Positions 19,780-30,500 of a DNA stretch of 64,000 nt are shown piece by piece. Made by a program: the position numbers and the translations under genes. How positions within the stretch are numbered: position 1 is the stretch's first letter; each line of letters opens with the position of its first letter. The stretch lies in IMG/VR virus record IMGVR_UViG_3300049988_000124, positions 192,001 to 256,000 of that record. One strand, given 5' to 3'. The notes beneath the pieces were generated by a model. It worked only from the letters and a program-made list of their open reading frames with translations. It was not told the DNA's origin and ran no database searches. The stretch comes from a virus (taxonomy: Duplodnaviria > Caudoviricetes).

Positions 19780-22700
19780 TTATTTGAAGTACATATCGAG
19801 TGCTTGGTTCTTCAGTGCTTCCATGTTGCGCTCAGTGATACCGATCGTCAGTGGCGAGGCCACGATACGGTTAATCACACTCGTTGTTGAGAAGAGGATG
19901 TCTACAGGAATACCAGATTCCGTAAAGTGTGGCTTCTCATTGACGTGCGAGACAATGGACTTGTTAGCGTTACCGATGCAGAGCTTATCGCCCTCGGACA
20001 TGCTCAAGGTCTCATCAATCATGAACTCGATCATGACCGTGGTGTCACCAAAGTCCATGCCCTGGTACTTGGTACCCGGCTGCACCCAACCCGGACGCTC
20101 AGGCGGACGAGCCTGCGGATCTGAGTTCAGTGCCTTGAAGTTCTCACGCACCTCTTTCTCGTAATCCTTCAAGATGTTCTTCAAACTGTCGGAGAGTTTC
20201 TCCCGGTCACAGCTGTAAAGAACACGGATCTTGCGAATGGTACCGGTGTAACCTGCCTGCGGGGTCTGACGATTGAGTTTCTCGAAGATATCAAGATTCT
20301 CGCTATTGATCTCGGTCGATGACCCGATCAGATATTCATCAGAAATAACGCACAAGCTCGATGATGTCTCAACGTGCTGACCAACCTTGACAATGTTGAG
20401 AATAGCAGCACTACACTCGGTGATGACTTCACGCTGGTGACACGGGGTCATCTTCAAGCGATCAGACATCTCTCGTGAAATCTCACAAGCATCCTCGTGG
20501 TTCGAGCTCTTCTCAATCAAAGCAACCGTGGCGGTCACACCGTGCTTGAAGGTAACCTGCTTGCTCAACGGGTCAGGAACGAAGAATCCCTTGTTGTAGA
20601 GAAGGATGTCACCGTGCTTAACTGTTTCACCGATCTTAACGTTGGGAGTGAGCTTCTGGAGAAGGTAGGACCCACTGTTTTGTGAATACACATCAGCAAA
20701 GGAGTAGCTCTTGATCTCTCCGGCTACCCGGTTACTCATCGGGGTAAAACGAATGTAGTAGAGCGCTTGGTAGCGACCACTGACTAGATCCTTGACAAGC
20801 GGTGCTTGCTTTCTAGCAATGTCCTTGTCTGGAATCGAGTCCGGGGTCTCACAACGGAGCCGGTCGGCAACCTTGCCGTAGGTCGTCCGCGTAAACTCGA
20901 ACACCCCGCCCATGGGGTAGCGATCGATCTCGGCTTCAGGAACCAGAAGACCAAAGCTTGTTCCCTCACGCAGGTAACTGTCAACAACCGCGTCAATGAC
21001 AGGAACCTTGAGTTTGCGAATAGCCTGGGCTGCTTGATCAGCGTAGCGGACCTTGATTACCTTTTGGCGATCATCGATCGATTCCACCACACCCTTATCA
21101 GGAGCAGTAACCGCAAAGACGTCCGATGACAAATGAGGGAGGACCTCATCATAGCCGGTACGAACAGCGAGCGTCTCACCATCGTCGTGGTTAGGAACGT
21201 AGTGACTGATCTGGATACTGAGGTAAGAGTTACGCTTACCATCATCAGTGGTACCACCTGGCATCACCATCGATCCGATCGACAAGATGTTTGGCGGCTC
21301 CAATACGTCACCCGGCTTATAGGGTTTCGCAATCCCGTGCAGATCATCGATCCTGGGAGAGGCGGAGAGGTAGGAGGTAATGCCGACCTTGCCTGAGTCA
21401 GGAACAGCATCCGAGATCACCCCCACACCGTCTTCAGGGTAGATACGATCGCGAAGGACAAAGCTGTTACCGTTACGACCACCAGCACCAGTGAAGGTGA
21501 AGTTGGCTCGCTGTTTTACTTCGTGAACAGGATTGATCACTTCGTTAGCAGAGACAGTCGCATCCTGAACAATCTTCTGGAAGACGGCTTCTGGATTGAT
21601 CGAGAAGCTCTTCTTGGAATTGGGATTACCCCGGTGGGTATGGAGAGAGCGCATGATCTCATTGTAAATGATACCATTGAACCGCTCATAGAGACGGAAG
21701 CGGTGGAGCTCGACTGACGAGGGTGACTTGGCCACGTAGTCCGTCAGCATGACATTCGCGCGCAAGAGAAGTTCGTGGAAAGTAATGGGCTCACCCATCT
21801 TCTCCAAGATCGTCTCAGTGATGGGATCCACGAAGAAATCGAAGAACCCGCGCAGACCCTTTAGCACACCCGTACTAAGACGCTTCTGAGCAAACACCTG
21901 TGCGTAGGTATCAGGAACCGACATCGACTGGAAGGTGAACTTGCGCAAGTCAGTCCAGGCAAGGCCCGTCGCAATCAATGAACGGGAAATCGGGTAGCGA
22001 TTGAAGACCAAGGTTCCATCCGCGAAACGAATGCCGATGTCATCGACGCCGAGCTTCACTAGCCGAGGATCAGTGTAGAACTTATAGTCCAGCCGGATGA
22101 GATCAAGAAGCTTCTTCAGACCCATCTGATACCCCAAGATATAGACCAAGGGAATCGTCTGGTTGATGATGTTAGCCTGCGTCCACTCCAGGGGAGTGTT
22201 CTCGATCGTACCATCTTTACCCAGGATGTCGGACAAGAAGTGAAGGAACGAGTTCCAGCTCTTCTCGACCTTACCTTTGTTGACGACGTGGATCTTGTTG
22301 TCGTAGTTCCACATGATCGAGTTACCGGTAGGCGTTTGTCCTGCCAGCACACCGAACTGAGTATCCTCAGTGTTATTGTGGTCGATCGTGAAATCGAAGG
22401 TATAACCTTGCACCTTGATCTCGGTGAAGTGACGACCAATTGCACTATAGTCGTACGGTACCTTTACCTCTGGGAGAGGAGCGGCACCCATGACGGCTTC
22501 GATTTGTTTCTCGAACTTCAGGTGCGAGATGAACTTCATCACCGACTGTTCGTAACTGTAGCGCTTGGACTGGATGCGCTCAATCACGATCTTGTTGTAG
22601 TAAGATGACAAATTCACCCGAGTGGGTGATGTCTTACAGATCGGAAGGTTCGCCATCTGCCTGGTCATGCGGTAATTAATACCGCTGAGTTTCATCACAC

Positions 22701-24345
22701 CGTTCTCATCAACATCGGGAACCGTGAACTTGACGTGGTGCGTCTTACCAGCGAGATCTGAGAGATGGAGACGAATGGTGGTCGTCTTGTCCATCTCGGT
22801 GTTGACCTTGGTTTCCTCGGTCTTGGTGATGAACATTCCGTGCTTAGCCAGAGAACCGACTACCTTGGCCATCTCGTGATGGAAGCCGTGCTGATGATAA
22901 GCGCGGTCCATGGCAAGAAGCGATGACTTGCGGTAGGATGCTTCCGGAGTTGCAGTCAGGTAGTTCATCTCCTTGGGTGCAATCTTCTGACTGCTAGGAG
23001 GCTGAATGAGTTCACTCAGTGTCTTACCACCCAGGGTCACCTTCAAGTGAGAATCCATCAGCTGATTGCGCCTGGACTCTTTCTTAGGCTCCACCGCAAC
23101 GGCTGGGGCAGACTGCTCGATTGCTTTCTTGCGAATTCGAGCTTCGAAGGTGGTGGGATGCACCTCTCTCGTGAATTCACTCTCCTGAAGAATCGCTGCC
23201 TGCGTACTAGGCTTGACTTCGAGCGGTGTAGCCGGTGTAGATAGCGGCTTTGGATCATTCGCTTTAGGAGCGGTGGCCGCCTCGGTAGTAGGAACGGCAG
23301 GTGTGTTCTCAGGCGTTGTGACGGGCTGGTTCGAGGCCTGCTCAACGAAGGTGTCGAACTGCTCTGAGTCAGGGTTCACGGTCTCAGGTAGTGCAGACGC
23401 ACTGAGACGCAGGTTCATGATGTGCCGGTAGAACTTCACGAAGAACGAGCTGTCTTCTGCAAAGCGGGTGAGATCACCCAGATTGTAGACCACCGCTTTA
23501 TTCTCGCGGTAGAAAATGAAGTTGATGGAATTCAGGATGTTCTCGGGCAGACGCTCGATGAGTGACGAGGAGTGAACCTCCCCGAACATCGGATCTCCCT
23601 TACCCAGGATCTTGACGTCTTCCTTGTAGGGCGTGACCGTCTGGTCCTTGGTCTTTCCAAAGACGTAGCCGAGCAGGTGAATGATCGGAAAGATCGACGG
23701 GTCATGGAGTAGGGTGTTAAGGGTACCGGTGCTCAGTTCCTTGAACGCGCGCTGGAGCGCCATGCGAGGAAAGACGTTACCGCTCTGGGGCAGTGCGATA
23801 TAGTGGTGAGGAGCAGGACCGATGGAGACGATCTTGTCCAAAATGGTACGGAACTGAATGTCAAACTTACGGTAGATGTTGAGGGTACCATTCACCCTGA
23901 TCTCATTCAAGGGGCTATAGTCGAGCCACTGAAGCGTACCGGGTGAGGAAGCAATCACGCGCTCTGAGAGCATTCGGTGGATGCGGTGATTGGTGTGGTA
24001 GAAGTGAGTGATGAGCGGCAGAATGGTGTTGGGGCGATAGATGAACGCCTCCTTCACACCAAAAGGACGCGAATCTTCATTGGCTACCTGGCTGAGAATG
24101 CGCAGATACACCGGCAGCTTCTCATTGGTGATGAGCGGCAGTGAAGGATTGGGAAGACCGCTGTCAGGAGCGATCAGTGTATCAAAGCCGTTCAATGTGT
24201 GGAGGACACTACCATTGGGTAGCTGCATCAAGTCCCAGTGATCAAACTTACTAGGAGCCTGGGTCGCTCTCCTGGTGTTGTACATGATCTCGAACTTGGC
24301 ATATGCCATCTTCTCGAGGCCAGCAATGTTGTTAAAGTCTGTCAT
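19780..24345 (-). CDS. rpoB: Virion RNA polymerase beta-like subunit (phiKZ gp178-like)
   Basis: 1521 aa; 'PDSGKVG', 'RTGY', 'HEDA', 'GDKL...NKS', 'PVDILF' correspond to RpoB conserved regions. Confidence 0.9.
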   Translation of the reverse strand: MTDFNNIAGLEKMAYAKFEIMYNTRRATQAPSKFDHWDLMQLPNGSVLHTLNGFDTLIAPDSGLPNPSLPLITNEKLPVYLRILSQVANEDSRPFGVKEAFIYRPNTILPLITHFYHTNHRIHRMLSERVIASSPGTLQWLDYSPLNEIRVNGTLNIYRKFDIQFRTILDKIVSIGPAPHHYIALPQSGNVFPRMALQRAFKELSTGTLNTLLHDPSIFPIIHLLGYVFGKTKDQTVTPYKEDVKILGKGDPMFGEVHSSSLIERLPENILNSINFIFYRENKAVVYNLGDLTRFAEDSSFFVKFYRHIMNLRLSASALPETVNPDSEQFDTFVEQASNQPVTTPENTPAVPTTEAATAPKANDPKPLSTPATPLEVKPSTQAAILQESEFTREVHPTTFEARIRKKAIEQSAPAVAVEPKKESRRNQLMDSHLKVTLGGKTLSELIQPPSSQKIAPKEMNYLTATPEASYRKSSLLAMDRAYHQHGFHHEMAKVVGSLAKHGMFITKTEETKVNTEMDKTTTIRLHLSDLAGKTHHVKFTVPDVDENGVMKLSGINYRMTRQMANLPICKTSPTRVNLSSYYNKIVIERIQSKRYSYEQSVMKFISHLKFEKQIEAVMGAAPLPEVKVPYDYSAIGRHFTEIKVQGYTFDFTIDHNNTEDTQFGVLAGQTPTGNSIMWNYDNKIHVVNKGKVEKSWNSFLHFLSDILGKDGTIENTPLEWTQANIINQTIPLVYILGYQMGLKKLLDLIRLDYKFYTDPRLVKLGVDDIGIRFADGTLVFNRYPISRSLIATGLAWTDLRKFTFQSMSVPDTYAQVFAQKRLSTGVLKGLRGFFDFFVDPITETILEKMGEPITFHELLLRANVMLTDYVAKSPSSVELHRFRLYERFNGIIYNEIMRSLHTHRGNPNSKKSFSINPEAVFQKIVQDATVSANEVINPVHEVKQRANFTFTGAGGRNGNSFVLRDRIYPEDGVGVISDAVPDSGKVGITSYLSASPRIDDLHGIAKPYKPGDVLEPPNILSIGSMVMPGGTTDDGKRNSYLSIQISHYVPNHDDGETLAVRTGYDEVLPHLSSDVFAVTAPDKGVVESIDDRQKVIKVRYADQAAQAIRKLKVPVIDAVVDSYLREGTSFGLLVPEAEIDRYPMGGVFEFTRTTYGKVADRLRCETPDSIPDKDIARKQAPLVKDLVSGRYQALYYIRFTPMSNRVAGEIKSYSFADVYSQNSGSYLLQKLTPNVKIGETVKHGDILLYNKGFFVPDPLSKQVTFKHGVTATVALIEKSSNHEDACEISREMSDRLKMTPCHQREVITECSAAILNIVKVGQHVETSSSLCVISDEYLIGSSTEINSENLDIFEKLNRQTPQAGYTGTIRKIRVLYSCDREKLSDSLKNILKDYEKEVRENFKALNSDPQARPPERPGWVQPGTKYQGMDFGDTTVMIEFMIDETLSMSEGDKLCIGNANKSIVSHVNEKPHFTESGIPVDILFSTTSVINRIVASPLTIGITERNMEALKNQALDMYFK

Positions 24346-24369
24346 GTCTTCTACCTTACCAACAACACG

Positions 24370-24615
24370 TTATCGAGCTGATGTGAGAATTTGGCCAAGT
24401 TGCGCGTGTATAACTTGCGCTTCTTTCAATGTCCAAGTGTTGTCACTGACACTGTGCGGTCCTTCCGCTACAATTCTAATCTCGGTGTAGCGTTTGTGAC
24501 TGGGACGCTGAATCTCAGTGCTTACTTTGATCGTGTTGCCAATTTCATTAACGATTGTTGTTTGTGTTTTAGTTCTCGGTTTTTGATCACCGAGTTCTTT
24601 TTGAAAAATTGACAT
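24370..24615 (-). CDS. Small hypothetical protein between the RNAP subunit genes
   Basis: 81 aa ORF filling the gap between the rpoC-like and rpoB-like genes. Confidence 0.5.
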   Translation of the reverse strand: MSIFQKELGDQKPRTKTQTTIVNEIGNTIKVSTEIQRPSHKRYTEIRIVAEGPHSVSDNTWTLKEAQVIHAQLGQILTSAR

Positions 24616-24710
24616 GGATTTAAACCTTTAACTAAACCTAGGTCGACGGGGATTCCCGTTGACCAGGAGATGGTCATAAGATCAAAAATGAATATAACAT
24701 AAAGATAGGA

Positions 24711-24737
24711 TACTCAGGGGCATCTAGCCCCTGAGTA
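24711..24737. terminator. Hairpin after the beta-prime-like gene
   Basis: tactcaggggc-atcta-gcccctgagta. Confidence 0.75.
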
Positions 24738-24744
24738 CCTTTCG

Positions 24745-26514
24745 TCATCGATGTGTTAGGTTGTGAAGAGTCGCATCAATCAAGTAGTTTGAGCCACCTG
24801 TGATGAAACGAAGATCCGTGTTAATAACGCTGCGCGTAGACTGAAGGTAGTCAGCACACTCTCGGTTAGCATCACGTGACCAAACCATCTCGCATGAGCA
24901 TTTATCACCGTCATGGTCACCACCCAGAGCTGCAAGGCGGCTGGGATGAACCATCATGGCGTCCATGTAGGCGGCTCCCACGCACGGGTACTGACGAAGC
25001 GTGGTAGGTGGGAAGTCAGGATTGAGAAGATCAATCATCTCAACAGAGCGCGCCGGAGTCGTGGAGACGACGTGGAGCTCAGCGATGTAGGATGATCCCT
25101 GCTCAATGACGGGGTAGCGAGTAATGATGGCGTGCTTACCCGCCGAGATCGTTTCAGTGATGATGTAGAAAAGTTCGATGTAGGTAATGGCCCTGAGTTT
25201 ACTGCGATCAACCTTTCTTGGCCAGCGCGATTCCAGATCATCCACACTGCGACACAGAGCAATCTGATCCCCGTCGTCGTAGACGAGAAGAAGGGCGTAG
25301 GACTTGCCTTCTGTATCAGGAATGAGTACGGGCTTGCGGCGAAGGTCAGTGTTACGGAAGCTATTGATGAGCTTGTCGATACCGTCCGATGATGTCCAAA
25401 TATCTCTGACCGCAGGAGAGATTGCCGTGTAGACGAGCTTTCCTGTTTTAGGATCGGAGAGGGCGACCTGGGTAACCGAGTCTGTCTTGAAGATGATGTT
25501 GGCAAAGATGGACATGTAGACGTGCTTGAAGAAGGGCTGGAGACCCTTACTCGTCTGATACACACCCACCATTACATCGTCGGTCTTCTGGAGCTGGGGA
25601 TCTTCAGGTGAGGCAGCCATCATGGTGGAGGCCGTGATGACGTTGCGGGTACCCATTGCTACCTTGCGGCGGGCAAAGCTTCCCTGGATGAAGCCGCGCT
25701 TACCATCGAGGAAGTTCTCGATATACTCGAAGATCTCCTGCGCCTTGGACTGGATTTGATAGCGCACCGGATCATAGAGGACCGACTGAGTACCTTTGGG
25801 GATTGAGCGGACCATGATGATGAGGGCGGTATAGAGCTTGTTGACGTCGTCCTGGATCAAGCGGCCAGAAGCATCATTAGCAATGTCACGCAGGCCTGCA
25901 GGCTCAATCAAGTAGCGCACCATTTGGGCACGCTCTTTATACTGTTCCAAGACTTCGATGCGCTCATCGCGCTTGGTGGAATTGTTGACCCGGAAGACGA
26001 GCTCGTTGAAATGATGGAGGAAGAATGAGTAACCGGTGTTAGCGCCCTTGACTAGAGTGGGGTCACCATTGACGCGCACGAAGTCTTTCTTCACTGGATC
26101 AAAGGTTGCCCAAGCAGCACCACTCATCACGTCCTTGTAGATACCACCTAGCTGACAGATGAGCTTGAAGAGCTTGGGGTTAAAGATCGTCGTGTTCAAG
26201 TCAACGTAGCCGAAGCGCAGCATGCGCTCGGGTGAACCAACCAGACCAAAGACTTCCTCTGAGTAGAGTCCGTCTGGATGGTAGAGGTTGGTGGAGGGCT
26301 CGTACACGAGCGTGCTGCTAACTGGCATTGCACGGCGATCACGAATGAAGTTCTCAACATCCATGATGGCGATGTTAACGGGGTCTTCGACACCGCCAAT
26401 GTAATTGGGGGTAAGGAGGGACTCGAGTGCGAACATAAAGCTATCCTGTTCCAGGCTATAAAGGCGGACGTTTTCTAGTCCTGCCGCCGAAATCATACTA
26501 TTGACCTTGGCCAT
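24745..26514 (-). CDS. rpoC: Virion RNA polymerase beta-prime-like catalytic subunit (phiKZ gp180-like)
   Basis: 'GGDHDGDK' carries the catalytic DxDGD; also 'GKRGFIQG...R...GTRNVI' and 'TRYPV'. Confidence 0.9.
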   Translation of the reverse strand: MAKVNSMISAAGLENVRLYSLEQDSFMFALESLLTPNYIGGVEDPVNIAIMDVENFIRDRRAMPVSSTLVYEPSTNLYHPDGLYSEEVFGLVGSPERMLRFGYVDLNTTIFNPKLFKLICQLGGIYKDVMSGAAWATFDPVKKDFVRVNGDPTLVKGANTGYSFFLHHFNELVFRVNNSTKRDERIEVLEQYKERAQMVRYLIEPAGLRDIANDASGRLIQDDVNKLYTALIIMVRSIPKGTQSVLYDPVRYQIQSKAQEIFEYIENFLDGKRGFIQGSFARRKVAMGTRNVITASTMMAASPEDPQLQKTDDVMVGVYQTSKGLQPFFKHVYMSIFANIIFKTDSVTQVALSDPKTGKLVYTAISPAVRDIWTSSDGIDKLINSFRNTDLRRKPVLIPDTEGKSYALLLVYDDGDQIALCRSVDDLESRWPRKVDRSKLRAITYIELFYIITETISAGKHAIITRYPVIEQGSSYIAELHVVSTTPARSVEMIDLLNPDFPPTTLRQYPCVGAAYMDAMMVHPSRLAALGGDHDGDKCSCEMVWSRDANRECADYLQSTRSVINTDLRFITGGSNYLIDATLHNLTHR

Positions 26515-26564
26515 GTGAGAGATATGATAGTCTCTCCTGGCTGACCTTTTATCAACCTAACAGG

Positions 26565-27503
26565 TTGGATGATGTAACCATGACCGATACACCCGAGACC
26601 AACTTCGATGCGGCAACCATCGAGGCCATGAATGCCAAAGCTGTGGAGAATCAGTTCTTCACACCCGACCACGTCTACATTGACTTGTCGCTGTTGAAAG
26701 ACTATCCGCTGGGGATTGCCTTTACCGACATCATTCAGCACCGCAATGCCGAGCATTTCGAGAGCTTCCAGCGAAGCCTGATGGACGTGATCCACGACTA
26801 TCAGAAGCGCACCTATGACACGGTTGATCCCTACCTGGGTTCGCTCGGCTACACCGATGAGACGCTGGCTGATCTCCTGAAGAACAATCTTGATCATGAT
26901 CAAGTCTTCATGGTCTCGCCTGCCACCCATTTCTTTCACACCCTTATTCGCCACACCATTCGCAATCAGAACAATTCTGGTCCTGCCAATAAGTTCACCA
27001 AGCAAGCAGTCGATAAGCAGAGCTATGCGCTAAAGGCGCTGCCTGTTACCTACTATCTCAACACCTTTCCCTTGACGCTCTCGCATGAGTTGATGGAGCG
27101 GATTGGACCAGAGCTCGGTGAGTCATTCGGGGTGGACATTAAGTTCATCAACAAAGACCCCAGCCTCTTTGATGAGAAAGACTGGAACAGCTGGCTTAGT
27201 AAGATCGAATGCTATTATCTCAATAGCCTTGGTACCTTCACCGGTAATGCGATGATCATGGGTATCCAAGGCGAGATGGGTCTGGCAGGCGTCTACATCT
27301 TTGCCCGGAAGCGCTTCGAGAAAGAAGTGATGTCGGCCATGGCGAACCACGACTTCGAGCAGCAGATCCAGTTGATCACCTCGCGGGTCTCCATGATGTG
27401 CGACTTTGAGTGGCTCCAGAATAATGAAGTCCGACTAACTGACGATGCCGAGCATGTTCCCGTTGAGGATACGCCCGAGCAAGACCATGGGATTAAGTCA
27501 TGA
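26565..27503 (+). CDS. phiKZ-like conserved hypothetical protein upstream of the tape measure gene
   Basis: 312 aa, 'YIDLSLLKD..LG'; ATGA overlap with the next gene. Confidence 0.7.
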   Translation: MDDVTMTDTPETNFDAATIEAMNAKAVENQFFTPDHVYIDLSLLKDYPLGIAFTDIIQHRNAEHFESFQRSLMDVIHDYQKRTYDTVDPYLGSLGYTDETLADLLKNNLDHDQVFMVSPATHFFHTLIRHTIRNQNNSGPANKFTKQAVDKQSYALKALPVTYYLNTFPLTLSHELMERIGPELGESFGVDIKFINKDPSLFDEKDWNSWLSKIECYYLNSLGTFTGNAMIMGIQGEMGLAGVYIFARKRFEKEVMSAMANHDFEQQIQLITSRVSMMCDFEWLQNNEVRLTDDAEHVPVEDTPEQDHGIKS

Positions 27504-30500
27504 GTGAAGACATTCAGAACAATGTTGCCACCACGTCCCTGAATACACTGGTTGATGCTCGCATCCGTACCAAGGCTGTTCAGGACGAGGAATATTCTAA
27601 AGGTGATGAAGGCAACAAGATTGCCATCAAGCACCAGCCTCTCACCGACACAGAGGCGACTACCGGTCGCTCCTGGGCACTGGCTGAGATCGAGCGCACG
27701 ATTGCGGCAGAAGTTCTGCCGGTCGGTCGCCAGAAGATCCAACACTTCGGTATGGCGATGTCCAGGCGCAATGACTTTCGTCTGCGTGACCTGGCTCGTC
27801 GTCTTGACCGCCAGACCCGGATGGAGTTTCCAGACGACGTTCCAACGCCGCGCGGTGCTCCTCGACCAAAGAGTGGTGCTCTTCAGCAGATCCGTGACTT
27901 TGATGTTCGGGCTCACTCGTTTCGTCAAATCTCGACAAACGCGACGCTTGCTTCTTATCAGTTCCAGCGCAACACGGTTCTGCCGTACATGCGCAAGTCG
28001 CTGGCCCTTGACTTTCAGAAGACCAGTCTTCTCAAGAAAGTCGTAGGGGGAATTTCAAGCCTCGAGAAGTCGGTTGTTGCGAAGCTCGAAGCGATCAAGA
28101 TGAACACCGGTGCTTCGGCACCAACCAAGGTGGGCCTCTTTACGCGTCTGCGCAATGCTGTTCGTGATAAGCAGATTGACCGGGTTGCCGGTAACATTGC
28201 TAATCGCATCATGGACCGCCACAGCAAAACGTGGCAGAAGCATGTTGCCCCGATCATCACCAAGCTGAACGGCATCATGAAGGATGATGGTCCCCGTGGT
28301 GGCTTCAACGGTGCTAATCGCCGGATCACGAGTAAGTTCAACAAGCTCAGGAAGAGCCTGGGTCGCGTTGGTGACGAGGCACCTGATCCTGAGAATCCCC
28401 TGAGTGGCTTTAAGCAGAATGCTGCCAAGGTTGGCTCACGGGTCTTAGGTGGGATTGTTGGCGCTGGACAGCGCTTCAAGCTCACGCCTGGCATGAACAA
28501 GGTGGTGACAGCACCGCTGGCAATGGCAACGGACTTTGCTAGTGGTCTTAATCCATTCTCAGGTGGTGAGCTCGACAAGGGTGACATCGACGACCTTGAA
28601 GCTAGCATCAAGAAGGGTTCGATCTCTGGTCCTGGTACTCCTCAGATTACCTCGATCATTGGTCTTCTTCAGGATTGGAAGGCGAGTGCGGAAGCCGGAC
28701 AAACCCAGCTCCTCCAGCACGTCTCAGGAATCCGTGAGCATATCTCTAGTGGAATGCTTGCTGCGCCTGAGATCAATCCTCGCCAGAAGCCGACTGCCGG
28801 TAATGTCCTGAAACCTAAGCGTGTTGTCAGGGCTAAGCCCAAGGCTGCCGACAAGGCACCAACGATTGCGCCCTCTAAGACTGCTGTGCCGCTTCCGGTC
28901 ATGAAGACAGAGGCAGCACCTGCTGCACCTACTCCTACTGCTGGTCCTAGTCGTCTTGGTGCACTGGGTCGCAAGCTTGCGTACTCTGCCGTCATGGGAG
29001 CTTCATCACTCAGCCTTAAGTACCGAGAAGCAAGCCAGAAAACAAGCAATCAATTTGGTCGCAGGCTCCTCAACAAGCTTACGGGTAAGGACAAGTCGAA
29101 GACTGCGTCTACTGCTCCGGGTGTTGACAAGCCTAAAACCAAGAAGCGCTCGCTCTTCTCCATGCTTCCCTCCCTTGGGTCGCTGAAGGCAAAAGCTAGT
29201 CCGCTGGCATCAACGGTTACATCGATTGCTGGACAGACCAGAGATCGTGCCGTTATGTCTGCCACTCCCTACATCGCAGGCGCTGGTGCAATTGCGGCTG
29301 GTATTGGTACTGTTTCTAAGCCTGCGTTGAGTTTTGCTACTGCTGGTCTTGAGCAGGGTCAAACTGAGATGACCCAGATCATGGCTCAACTCGGTGGCCA
29401 GCTTGCCAACATCAACGAGACCATTCGTGAGGGTAACACTGCTCGCACGATGTACGAGGGTCTCCAGACCAAGCGTCAGAAACTCGCCGACACGATCACG
29501 TCCAAGCTGAAGATTCGCAAGAACTCCTACGAGGACATGATGGCCAATCGTAAGGCCAAGATCGGTGTCCCTATCTCTGACCAGCTGAAGAACACGGCTG
29601 CCGCTCTTGCTGCGAGTGTCAAGGCCAGGTGGAGTAAGGATGGAACAACTGAGGGTGGTGAGGATTCACCGTCACTGATCGACCAGGTCAAGGACATGTT
29701 CCTTAACAAGGAAGATGAGGACGACGACAAGAAGGCTGCCGCTCAGGACGACGATGAGACTGATGAGTGGGGCAATAAGAAGAAGAAAGGCAAGAACCGT
29801 AGCCGCAGTCGTTTCCGTCGTGGACGCGCTGGTGCTCGTGATCGCCTGGGTCGTATTCGCAACATCCGAAGCAATCGCGGGGTTGGTGGTTTCCTCAAGC
29901 GTACCGTTAAGGGCACTGGGAAGCTCGGCCTGGGGGTTGCGAAGGGTTTAGGGCGTGGTAGCCTGGGTGCATTGAAACTCGGCGGTAAGGGCGCTCTGGG
30001 CGCGTTGAAGTTGGGTGGCAAGGGTGCGCTTACTTTTGCTAAGTCAGGTGTCGGCATGGGTGCTATTGGTGCACTCGCTGCTGGTGCAGCTGGCTCAGCA
30101 CTAGAGGGAAGCGATGCTCCTGACAGTGTCAAGGCACTAGGTGGTACACTTACCTCAATGGCGTCATACGGTTCTACTGGTGCCGCGATTGGTGGTATGT
30201 TCGGTGGTATCGGTGCTGTGCCTGGCGCAGCGATTGGTGCAGCCGTGGGTGCCATTGTTGCCAACGCTGATGCGGTCTCCTCTGCGCTCAGTAAGATGAG
30301 TACCGCAGGTCTTGGTGCCGCCAAGGGTATCTGGTCGACGATCTTTGGTCAGAACGCCAAGTACGATGAGAACGGTAAGATTATCCAGCAGGAGAAAACA
30401 TCGATCCTGGGTGACTTGAAGACCGCTTTCTTCGGGCGTGATGCTAAATACTCAGCGGACGGTCAGCAGATCATGTCAGCTCGTGGTAACATCTTGAGTA

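Noticed and set aside
2060-26530. TATG late-promoter motifs upstream of late genes (about 2075, 11034, 26524)
   Set aside because: Compatible with the phiKZ late consensus, but a 4-mer is too short to support without transcript data.
27400-27510. Frameshift site in the gene directly upstream of the tape-measure-like gene
   Set aside because: No slippery heptamer seen near its end; it simply overlaps the next start (ATGA).
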